Assembly: GCA_038108555.1 (NCBI GenBank)
Contig: JAYNIA010000034.1
Span: forward strand, 7,687-30,338
Source of the DNA: Nitrospinota bacterium
Lineage (GTDB): Bacteria; Nitrospinota; Nitrospinia; Nitrospinales; VA-1
Length of the DNA stretch: 22,652 nt
Direction: 5' to 3'
Position numbers and translations under genes: made by a program. The notes under the pieces were generated by a model, which saw only the letters and a list, made by a program, of their open reading frames with translations, had not been told where the DNA came from and did not search any database. Positions within the stretch are counted from its first letter, which is position 1. The number at the start of each line of letters is the position of its first letter. Positions 9,336 to 17,489 of this stretch are shown in pieces.

Positions 9336-9513
9336 TCACCCAACCTTATACCCAGCGCCAATGGCTCTAGGTCGAGGATTCCCATCTTTTTACATTCACC
9401 CTCCTTAACTTTTTACAATTGGTACTTCTTCTGAGTTAATGAGAGATAGCTTTATTTCTTATTTCGAAAATTAAGGAACTTGTTTAGAAAAAAATAATTT
9501 TAAAAAAGATTCC

Positions 9514-9682
9514 ATGGAAAACGATAAAAGGCTGCTTGTGGTTGAAGTCTTAAAACAAAATTCCATCGATCTGATTTTGTCAGATTGGGATATGCCCAGG
9601 ATGGATGGTGAGGTGGGCCGATATCATTAAGGGAAGTTTCGACCAGTCCAATCTTTTTGCAACCATCCAGAGCCTGATCTAA
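9514..9682 (+). pseudogene. Remnant of a response-regulator receiver domain (CheY / CheA-hybrid type)
   Basis: 9514-9630 translates MENDKRLLVVEVLKQNSIDLILSDWDMPRMDGEVG. A shifted frame at 9617-9682 gives ADIIKGSFDQSNLFATIQSLI*. The receiver motifs are in order but the intervening segments are missing. Confidence 0.75.
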
Positions 9683-9737
9683 CTCACTAGTACCCCTGCG
9701 GGGCATGAAGAATTAAGGAAGGGATATAACACGTGTG

Positions 9738-9821
9738 GGGCAAAATAAGTTCCCTGTCAGAGGGAAACCAAAAACAGCCTAGAGTCCTTGGACTGTAGGT
9801 CGTAAAAATGGCGGGGCCGAC
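9738..9821. repeat. Diverged direct repeat of the tRNA-Asp 3' end and downstream terminator (att-like, distal copy)
   Basis: Three identical blocks are shared in the same order with 22516-22602: GGGCAAAATAAG (9738-9749 / 22516-22527), AAAAACAGCCTAG (9770-9782 / 22549-22561) and TGGCGGGGCCGAC (9809-9821 / 22590-22602, the last 13 nt of the tRNA including CCA). Confidence 0.9.
9770..9803 (-). terminator. Degenerate intrinsic terminator within the att-like copy
   Basis: CCTA/TAGG and AGTCC/GGACT stem followed by T5 on the minus strand, about 45 nt downstream of the 9848 stop codon. Confidence 0.5.
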
Positions 9822-9847
9822 ACATGATCTCCCCTCAGATAACATCC

Positions 9848-10612
9848 CTATTTAAAAAATAAATTCAGAGTTTGAAAAAATTTTTCTCTAAGCTCTTCCA
9901 GCCGGTCAGGTAAAACCGTCATAAATTTTGGATTAAACCAAGGCGAAGATAAATATAGAGCCCGGCTCATTTCGATTTGAATACAGGGGATAGGCTGGTT
10001 TCCGTAGGTCCGCGTTATATGTCCGCCAGAGAAGGGTTTGTCTATGACAACATCCTCTTGATTTAATTTATAAACTTTTCTAATGCAATCTGCCATTTTT
10101 TGAACGATATCTTCAGGGCAGCTTTTACCAAAATTGCTTCCCAAACAAAACTTGGGTCTGGTTTTTCCTGGATCGGGAGAAATTTCAGGGCCAACCGCTT
10201 CCATAGTATGACAGTCCAACATCAGTTGGAGCTCGCTATTTGAATCTAAAGTTTTACGAATCAAGTCATGGTAGGGGTAATAGTATTTTTCTAAAACTAA
10301 ATCAGTCATTTCCTGATCCAATTCTTGTCCTTTATGATAAATAGGTTGGCCAAGACAAGTCATGGATTTAACCACTCCATCAGGATTTTCCGGTGGGCGA
10401 TCGTTAACATCCCGATTCAAATCAACAAAAGCCCTTGCGATTTTTCCCTCCACACACGCTGATACACTGTCATTTATTCCATATATCTGGCGTGTTAAAG
10501 CATCACCATCTTCAAATTGGTCTTTTGCAGTAATAAATACTCTAGAAGATATTTCGGGAGGGACATCGGTTCCACCATGTGGAATGGATAACAGAACCGG
10601 AAATTTACTCAT
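9848..10612 (-). CDS. N-formylglutamate amidohydrolase (HutG/FGase)-family protein
   Basis: LSIPHGG, ARAFVDLNR, YYYPYH, LDCHTM, PFSGGHIT, IQIEMSR motifs. Confidence 0.9.
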   Translation of the reverse strand: MSKFPVLLSIPHGGTDVPPEISSRVFITAKDQFEDGDALTRQIYGINDSVSACVEGKIARAFVDLNRDVNDRPPENPDGVVKSMTCLGQPIYHKGQELDQEMTDLVLEKYYYPYHDLIRKTLDSNSELQLMLDCHTMEAVGPEISPDPGKTRPKFCLGSNFGKSCPEDIVQKMADCIRKVYKLNQEDVVIDKPFSGGHITRTYGNQPIPCIQIEMSRALYLSSPWFNPKFMTVLPDRLEELREKFFQTLNLFFK

Positions 10613-10615
10613 TAT

Positions 10616-12247
10616 TTAAAACCCTGAAGCAGTTCCATCTCTACGGATTTCTGCAACACCTTGAAATTCACCTGTTGTTTGAGATTTTAATATGGCATGA
10701 ACAGCACCCAGGTAAAAAGAATAGGGTTCCCTGGAATCTATTTTATAGCCCGCCCTTTTTAAATAATCGACAATTGTAGGGTCAAATCTTTCTTCCTCCA
10801 ATGTTAATTTTCCTCCAACTGTACAATGCATTCTAGGCCTTAGCATTGCTTCACTAATGGGTAGGTCACCATCAATGATATGAGAAAGAAATTGACTCAT
10901 TGCAGAAAAAATCCGCTCACTTCCAGGGCTCCCCGCTACCATCCAAGGTTGATTATTATAAAAAGCAATAATTGGAGCTACTGAACTCCATGGAATTGCA
11001 TTAGGTCTCAAGTAATACGGATGAGATGGATCACTCGTATCAAGAGAACTCATATAATTGTTATACAAAAACCCCAACCCACGGGCAGCAACCTTGGACC
11101 CATAAACCAATTCAATAGATTGGGTTATACCAATGGCATTTCCTTCCTTATCCATGACCGAAAGATGGGTTGTATCATTGTTCAATGTGAAAAGCTCTGT
11201 TAAGGGCAACGTGGGATCAATTTCATCACGAATGGAGGCTGAAAGATTCCTGGCGAATTCCAGACTGAGAATTTTTTTATCATGAGGGAGTTGAGGATAA
11301 ATATTTGGATCGAAGGGTCGTTCTTTATGGTTCAGCAAACCCTTGCGGAAAGTTTCTGCAAGAAAATGAAAGGTTTTGGGAGTTGGATTTTTGAAAAACT
11401 TTGAAGGAAGGTTTTTCATCATTTGTAATACAAGCATCAAAGTCCTTCCAGCTCCGGGAGGAGGGCAGGTAAAGATTTTTACCTTGCGATAGTTTCTCCT
11501 TATGGGTTTTCTCTCGACAGGCCAGGGAATTAAAGCGAGGTCTTCCAACCTAAGAAACCCTTCATTAAACCGCATGTCCTCATCAATTTGTTTGGCAATA
11601 TCTCCTGAATAAAAAGATTTTATCCCGTGCAACAATAAATGTTCGAGCAAACCCGCCAGGTCTTCCTGAGTAAATTTCTCACCTTCTTCATATGGTTTCT
11701 TGCCATCCTTTAAAAAATATTTTGCTCCCGAGAGAGAATCCATATTGAGAAACTTTTCCAATTCTCTCATTTGCAGATCGTGTTGCAACTTGGATATCCT
11801 ATAACCTTCTCTAGCAATTTTAATGGCGGGCTTTAGAACTTCAGACCAATTCAATTTGCCATAACGGAAATGAAGATAACCTAAAACCGCAGGAGTGCTG
11901 GGAACGGTAGTGGCTTTATATCCCTGGAATCTCTGTGTCTTTTTATCGATTCTGTCTATATGAGCCAGAGAGGGAACCCGGCTTGAGCCATCCAGGGCTA
12001 CAGTCTTTCCTTGATAATGGAGTATGGCCATAGATTGCCCGCCAAGACCACTGGCCTGAGGTTCACAAACTCCCAATGCAAAAGCAGAGGCTACAGCCGC
12101 ATCAACGGCATTCCCACCCATGCGTAGCATCTCGACCCCAGCTTGGGTAGCATCTGGAAAAGCAGTCGATACCATCCCGTTTTCAGAGGTTGCGCATTTA
12201 CCATCTTCAGTAGGCGCAAATTTTCCCTCTATATTTCCAAGTTTCAT
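10616..12247 (-). CDS. ggt: Gamma-glutamyltransferase-family Ntn hydrolase with atypical donor pocket
   Basis: GGNAVDAAVA, EPQASGLGG, TVPST, PPPGAG, autoprocessing site ND/TTHLSVMD, PWSSVAP, GSPGS, PRMH. ATGA overlap with the upstream gene. Confidence 0.9.
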   Translation of the reverse strand: MKLGNIEGKFAPTEDGKCATSENGMVSTAFPDATQAGVEMLRMGGNAVDAAVASAFALGVCEPQASGLGGQSMAILHYQGKTVALDGSSRVPSLAHIDRIDKKTQRFQGYKATTVPSTPAVLGYLHFRYGKLNWSEVLKPAIKIAREGYRISKLQHDLQMRELEKFLNMDSLSGAKYFLKDGKKPYEEGEKFTQEDLAGLLEHLLLHGIKSFYSGDIAKQIDEDMRFNEGFLRLEDLALIPWPVERKPIRRNYRKVKIFTCPPPGAGRTLMLVLQMMKNLPSKFFKNPTPKTFHFLAETFRKGLLNHKERPFDPNIYPQLPHDKKILSLEFARNLSASIRDEIDPTLPLTELFTLNNDTTHLSVMDKEGNAIGITQSIELVYGSKVAARGLGFLYNNYMSSLDTSDPSHPYYLRPNAIPWSSVAPIIAFYNNQPWMVAGSPGSERIFSAMSQFLSHIIDGDLPISEAMLRPRMHCTVGGKLTLEEERFDPTIVDYLKRAGYKIDSREPYSFYLGAVHAILKSQTTGEFQGVAEIRRDGTASGF

Positions 12248-14436
12248 ATTTTAAAATTCTTCGATGAAAGAAAAATAAGGTAGGCAAGCAGGACACTCCT
12301 GTCAATCAAACTGTCGCGAACGACATTCTCATTATTAGTTCCATAACCACCGGTTACTGGACCCATTCCATCAAGCGCAGGAATTCCTTCTCCAATATTG
12401 GACAGGCAGGTGACAACACTGTTTTCAGCTTTTTTTACGCGAACCTCAACCGCCTTGGCGGCTTTTTCCACTTTTTCATAGAAACTAAGCGTTTTTTCAT
12501 TTTCACGAAAAGGTTTGCTTTGCGGTTTTTTAGTTATGTGGACCTTAATTTGATCTTGTGCCTTTGTGGCAAATATCTGGTTCACTTGTTCTTCCAATCT
12601 GGCTCTTTGGTCCGGGCTGCGATATCGAATTACAAATGACAAGGCTGCATGGTAGGTAGGCTGGTCCTCCATTCCTTTGGTTTGCAAACCAGTAACAGTG
12701 ACAAAAATCCCGTCCGATTCATAATTTAGTTTTCTTAGTGAATTGATTTTTTGAGAAGCATATAAGACCGGATCACTAACCTCAGAAGAGACTTTCAGAC
12801 CCTGCTTATTCTGACGTCTGTTTATTTCAATCTCATATCGAAGAGTTCCCGAGCAGGAGGTCATGATTTCTCCACTCAATCCCGCTCCACTCAAACCCAA
12901 AACGTATTTTGATTTTTTGGAATGCTCTTCAATAACCGGTTTTGAAGTACGTTGTCCATAAGACTCGTCGGGGATTAAAAGGATTCCACATTTCACTTTT
13001 CGTAAATTCCGCGTGTATCGCAAGGCTTTCAGGGCACCGAGCAATACGGTAAGGCCCCCTTTCCCTCTTGCAACCCCAGTACCGTAGATCCTTCCCTTTT
13101 CTTCATGAAAGGAATTAAAATCTTCAAAATCTATTGGGTTATCCATATTTCCAATAATCAAAACATCATTGATCTCGTCCATATGATTTGTGAGATATAC
13201 AATATTTCCGAATTCTGCTCTTGAAAAAACATGCCTGTTAAATCCCATCCGTCCAAGCTGATTGGATATCCATCTACCTAATGAATTCACACCCTCAATA
13301 TTTTCAACAAATGAATTTATTTCGACCATGTTTGAAAGATATTCTTCCATGGAAGCAAGGTTTCCTCTTAGGTAACTCCGCAAACGAATCCTTAGAGGAT
13401 CTTTTTTAGTATTCGACTCGGGCTCTTCAACCGCGACCTGTTCAATCTGCTGGCTGCCGAAGTAACGCTCAACGGCTACATCAAGCATACGGTTTACCAT
13501 GGCAGGAAAAGAATATCCTGCAACCTTGGCTGCATGGACATAAGAGCCCGTATCCCCCAAACTTGCCATTGAGTTGAGTTCAAGAATATAAAGATTCCCA
13601 TCTTTGTCCATTCGGTAATCGACCCGGCAAAAATCATAGATTCCCAAGACTTTGAAAGTTTCCCGGGTTAACCGTCGAAGTTCTTCCGCAAGGTTTTGGT
13701 CAATGTTGGCAGGGCAGATTTTCTCTTTAGGTTTTTTCAGCTTATCTTCTAAAGACTGAATTGCATTCGGGTCCCCTTCAAGATCGATTTCCAATATTGG
13801 CAAAATTTCCGGGTTATGGTTGCCCAATAGACCCACCGCAAATTCCCGACCTGGTATAAATTGTTCGACTAAAACGGGCTGTTTGAATTGGTCAACAAGA
13901 TCTGAAATTGCAGTTTTCAATGAAGGCAAATCATGAATAACTTGAATTCCCATTGAAACTGCTTCCATTTTAGGTTTGGTTATGACCGGGAAAGGAAGGT
14001 CATCGGGAATTTGATCCGCATTATAGAAAACCCAGTAGGGGGAGGTAGGCAACCCCGCTGCCTGAATCATAACCTTGGTAGTTACTTTGTCTAATGCGAT
14101 TCCATGACCCGCAGGACTGGAACCTACATACGGCACACCCAACATCTCCAACAAAGAAGGAATATGAGTATATCGACTTACTCCTTGTAGACCATAAGCC
14201 ATGTTGAAAACCATACCCGGTTGCTCCCCCTGAACAACACGAGGCATGAAGGTTTGTAATTGTTCAATAACGTTGATATTGCCATCAATAATCCGGACAT
14301 TATGACCGCCTTTTTCAAGGGAACTTGCTACGCGCTCAACAGTTTTGGGATTATATGTTTCCTGGTTTTGCATCCCAAATACGTTAAGCACACCTTCAGC
14401 ATCTTTTTGTTTATTGTAAATAACGGCAACCTTCAT
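12244..14436 (-). CDS. Fusion of a D-Ala-D-Ala-ligase-like ATP-grasp domain and a degenerate M20 peptidase-like domain
   Basis: N-terminal half: VFNMAYG, LEMLGVPYVGS, ALDKVTTK, PVITKP..SMGI, LVEQFIPGREF, RVDYR, LELNSM. C-terminal half: MVEINS..EGVN, VLIIGNMD, GRIYGTGV..KGG, IPDES, GIPALDGMGP (M20 scaffold). Confidence 0.85.
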   Translation of the reverse strand: MKVAVIYNKQKDAEGVLNVFGMQNQETYNPKTVERVASSLEKGGHNVRIIDGNINVIEQLQTFMPRVVQGEQPGMVFNMAYGLQGVSRYTHIPSLLEMLGVPYVGSSPAGHGIALDKVTTKVMIQAAGLPTSPYWVFYNADQIPDDLPFPVITKPKMEAVSMGIQVIHDLPSLKTAISDLVDQFKQPVLVEQFIPGREFAVGLLGNHNPEILPILEIDLEGDPNAIQSLEDKLKKPKEKICPANIDQNLAEELRRLTRETFKVLGIYDFCRVDYRMDKDGNLYILELNSMASLGDTGSYVHAAKVAGYSFPAMVNRMLDVAVERYFGSQQIEQVAVEEPESNTKKDPLRIRLRSYLRGNLASMEEYLSNMVEINSFVENIEGVNSLGRWISNQLGRMGFNRHVFSRAEFGNIVYLTNHMDEINDVLIIGNMDNPIDFEDFNSFHEEKGRIYGTGVARGKGGLTVLLGALKALRYTRNLRKVKCGILLIPDESYGQRTSKPVIEEHSKKSKYVLGLSGAGLSGEIMTSCSGTLRYEIEINRRQNKQGLKVSSEVSDPVLYASQKINSLRKLNYESDGIFVTVTGLQTKGMEDQPTYHAALSFVIRYRSPDQRARLEEQVNQIFATKAQDQIKVHITKKPQSKPFRENEKTLSFYEKVEKAAKAVEVRVKKAENSVVTCLSNIGEGIPALDGMGPVTGGYGTNNENVVRDSLIDRSVLLAYLIFLSSKNFKI

Positions 14437-14521
14437 AACGAAACCCTCAATTTTAAACTTTGGCAGAAAATAACCTGTCTTTATTAGTCCATTATCATCC
14501 CTTTAAAGGGAAATAAATATC

Positions 14522-15898
14522 TTAAATTAGAAAAATAGCTGCTAATCCCAAAAACACAAAAAAACCAATAACATCCGTCACAGTTGTAAGTAATACTGTA
14601 GAAGAAATGGCTGGGTCGCTTCCAATTTTATTCAAAAAAATTGGAATTCCAGCTCCAAAAAATCCTGCAACGATAAGATTGATAATCATGGCAACAGCTA
14701 TGATTATTCCTAATTCAATATTGTGAAACCACATACCTGCAATCAACCCAACAATAATAGCGAAGAAAACACCATTCAAAGTTCCAACCAAAGTTTCCTT
14801 CCAGATCACTCGAAAAGAATTTATGTTGGAAATTTCCCGCATGGCCAACCCACGAACCGCTATGGTTAAAGCTTGTGTCCCCGCGTTTCCACCCATCGAA
14901 GCTACAATTGGCATCAAAATGGCCAACGCTACAATCTCCTGAATGGTTGCATCGAAAAAAGAAATGACGACTGAAGCAAGGATAGCTGTTAAAAGATTTA
15001 TAAACAGCCAGCGAAACCGGGAGCCACTTGTGGTAATTACGTCTCGATAAAGTCCCGGAGCTTGGACCCCTGCCAATTGCAGGATTTCTTTTTGTGCTAT
15101 TTTGTCAATTACATCCACAACATCATCAATGGTGATAACTCCGATCATGCGCTCTTCAGTATCCACAACCGCTGCGGACAATAAATTTTCACGTCGAAAA
15201 ATCTGTGCCACTTCATCCTGATTCATTGTTGCTGGTATAGAAAATATTTTCTCTTGCGCAAGAGTTTCCAGAACTACCTGACTTCCAGATCGAACCAAAA
15301 CAGCCAAAGGAACTTTTCCGGTAACCTTAGAATCGGATGTGACAATAAAAATATCAGAGAAAATCGCCGGCAATTCTTCTCCTGAAGAAGCTCGAAGGGA
15401 TTCCAGGGTTTCTTCAACTGTCCAAGACTGTGGAATGGCAACAAACTCTCTTTGCAACAAACGACCCGCACTATCTTCTGGAAAATTTAATCCTTCCTCC
15501 AGGGAAATTCTTTTCTTAATAGGTAATTTGCGAATTACATTTTTTTGAAAGTTTTCCTCAAGGTTTTTAATCACCTCAAGGGCATCATCACTTTCTAGTG
15601 ATGAAACCAGTTCAGCAACCTGGGGAACTTCCATATTCTGTAAAACATTTTTGCGAAGCTCTGGGTCGAGCTCTGCAAATGCATCGGGAGTAATTGCTTC
15701 AGAATGTTGCTCCAATAGAATTTGACGATTGTCCTCGGTAACCTTGCCCAAAAGCTCGGCACAATCGGAAGCATTCAGGCTGGCTATAGCAGAATCAACC
15801 GCTTTTTCCCTGCCCTCTTTTAAATCTTCTTCAATACTTTGGATTTCGGAATCACTGATAGAAAAGGAGGCTCCCTCTTCCTTAGGTTCATCTTGCAT
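14522..15898 (-). CDS. mgtE: Magnesium transporter MgtE
   Basis: Acidic N domain, CBS pair (EDSAGRLL, GVITIDDVVD), transmembrane region with RFRWL, MGGNAGTQ, DPAISS..TTVTDV. ATG 15898 is preferred over TTG 15916. Confidence 0.95.
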   Translation of the reverse strand: MQDEPKEEGASFSISDSEIQSIEEDLKEGREKAVDSAIASLNASDCAELLGKVTEDNRQILLEQHSEAITPDAFAELDPELRKNVLQNMEVPQVAELVSSLESDDALEVIKNLEENFQKNVIRKLPIKKRISLEEGLNFPEDSAGRLLQREFVAIPQSWTVEETLESLRASSGEELPAIFSDIFIVTSDSKVTGKVPLAVLVRSGSQVVLETLAQEKIFSIPATMNQDEVAQIFRRENLLSAAVVDTEERMIGVITIDDVVDVIDKIAQKEILQLAGVQAPGLYRDVITTSGSRFRWLFINLLTAILASVVISFFDATIQEIVALAILMPIVASMGGNAGTQALTIAVRGLAMREISNINSFRVIWKETLVGTLNGVFFAIIVGLIAGMWFHNIELGIIIAVAMIINLIVAGFFGAGIPIFLNKIGSDPAISSTVLLTTVTDVIGFFVFLGLAAIFLI

Positions 15899-16074
15899 AA
15901 CCCACTTTAGGCTCAAAAATATTTAGTTAAATTTGGGGAAATTAATATAAAATTTACAGCACTCCAAGTGGAGCCCAATGGTTCATTTTAATTCAACGGG
16001 ATTAAATACCTATCAATTATTTTTAATAATTCATGAATTTTTAGGGGTGTAATTACCCCTTTTTTGGAGAAAAA

Positions 16075-16506
16075 ATGCGTTATTGGATCGGATTAATCTT
16101 TGTGCTTTTGTTTACCAGCTCGGCTTTTGGACAGGGGGATTTTGACGATTATTTTGGAGCTTCTTTTGTTGGTGTTCAAGATGCAAAAACGATAATTTTT
16201 GAGCTTCCAAACTATCCACCCATAATTGGTCAAAATATTCGGGTTCGTATCCCCGGAATAGCAGTCCCAGAATTGAAGGGCAAATGTAAAAAGGAAAGGA
16301 ATTTGGCTAAAAAAGCCCAGGCTCTTTTAAAGTCTGTTCTTAACAATTCGGATGAAATAGAACTCAAAAATATGAACCGAGGGGTTAGTTTCCTAATCGT
16401 GGCAAAGGTAGTTGCCGACGGCCAAAGCCTGGACGACCTTTTGATAGAAAAGGGATATGCTGTAAAAATCTCAAAAAAGAAGAAATCTCCTGACTGGTGT
16501 AAATAA
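16075..16506 (+). CDS. Secreted thermonuclease (SNase)-fold protein, catalytic motifs degenerate
   Basis: Signal peptide (..SSAFG), VQDAKTI, VRIPGIAVPE, KC..E..LA..A, L..LIEKGYA. GGAG RBS upstream. Confidence 0.75.
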   Translation: MRYWIGLIFVLLFTSSAFGQGDFDDYFGASFVGVQDAKTIIFELPNYPPIIGQNIRVRIPGIAVPELKGKCKKERNLAKKAQALLKSVLNNSDEIELKNMNRGVSFLIVAKVVADGQSLDDLLIEKGYAVKISKKKKSPDWCK

Positions 16507-17093
16507 TTGATATTTTGGGCTTTTTCAATTTGCTCATTTGGTGGGCCCTGAATTTTGGCCTGGAAAATTATTTTAGATAAATCGTCATTATTATATTGCA
16601 AAAGTAAAAATTTCTGTGATAACTAGGTTAGTTCAACTACGCATTTCTTTTATAAAGGAATCATAAAATGTTAACGGTCTTCACAGTTTCCATCGTCCTC
16701 TTCCGTAAAACCGGAAACCCTGGCTCTCGCCTTCCTCTTGTTGACTGCCCTAAAAATATTTCTGAATCCACAATTGATAAATTAGAGCAATCCTATTTCT
16801 CTACAGGTTACATGTAATCCCCCTCTTGTTTGTTCGTAAGTTGAGCATCTTCATTTTTCAATAAGCATATTTTGTTTTTCAACTGACGAACTGCTGTATC
16901 CCCATTTAAATTAGATTTTCATCAATCAATAAATCTGGGTCACATTTCCGTCTTATTTGATTGGAGTAGTGTGTCTCCAGGTAATTTGGAAAGGAGGGAT
17001 AAGGATTCCGCCTAAAAGGTCGCCTATGGACGGAAATCTTGGTTCATAAAAAAAATGATATTAAAAATAATTTCAATTTAAGGAAAAAAAACA

Positions 17094-17411
17094 ATGAAAA
17101 AATTCTTGTCCATAGTTTTATCAATTGCTTTTCTCTCGGCTATGTTCGTTGGGTCAGCCCTTTGCGAACCTCACAAGATTGATGAAAATGAGCTCTCAAT
17201 TTCTGATGATGAATCAAAGAAAGAAGAATCCATTTTAGAAATGTTTGATTTGGATGAGGCGGAGGCCCATCCCTCTGAAAAAGGTGAAGGCACTGGTCAC
17301 CCAGATGATGAAATTCTTGAAAAAGGAGACGACCTTCCTCTCGGTAGTTCTGATGATGAGGATGAAAAGTTTAAAAGAGACGAAGATGAAAAAGAAAACC
17401 CTATTTTGTAA
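17094..17411 (+). CDS. Secreted, highly acidic low-complexity protein
   Basis: AAGGA RBS, signal peptide MKKFLSIVLSIAFLSAMFVGSALC; 32 of the remaining 81 residues are D/E. Confidence 0.75.
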   Translation: MKKFLSIVLSIAFLSAMFVGSALCEPHKIDENELSISDDESKKEESILEMFDLDEAEAHPSEKGEGTGHPDDEILEKGDDLPLGSSDDEDEKFKRDEDEKENPIL

Positions 17412-17489
17412 TTTAGTTGAAAATCAGCTGGTTTATAGAGACCGGTTTAAATCCTAACAACAATAGCTCCAATATTTTTGAGGTAATTC

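Noticed and set aside
9500..9706. 68-aa minus-strand ORF
   Set aside because: Antisense to the receiver-domain remnant, which explains the sequence.
9848..10612. Calling this hutG of histidine utilisation
   Set aside because: No hutH/U/I/F in the window, and it is coupled to the GGT/ATP-grasp genes; only the family is supported.
12244..14436. Calling this ddl or a vancomycin-resistance ligase
   Set aside because: It lacks Ddl substrate motifs, is fused to an M20-like domain, and has no dcw or van context.
15917..16074. Mg2+ (M-box) riboswitch upstream of mgtE
   Set aside because: The gap is short and AT-rich with only a 5-bp hairpin; no conserved M-box sequence seen.
16990..17045. c-di-GMP-I riboswitch (CCTAA..ATGG resemblance)
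   Set aside because: The GGCAAA, GAAA-tetraloop and GACGCAAA elements are absent.
17094..17170. Lipoprotein signal ending in Cys
   Set aside because: SALC has Leu at -1, which does not fit a lipobox; signal peptidase I cleavage is more likely.
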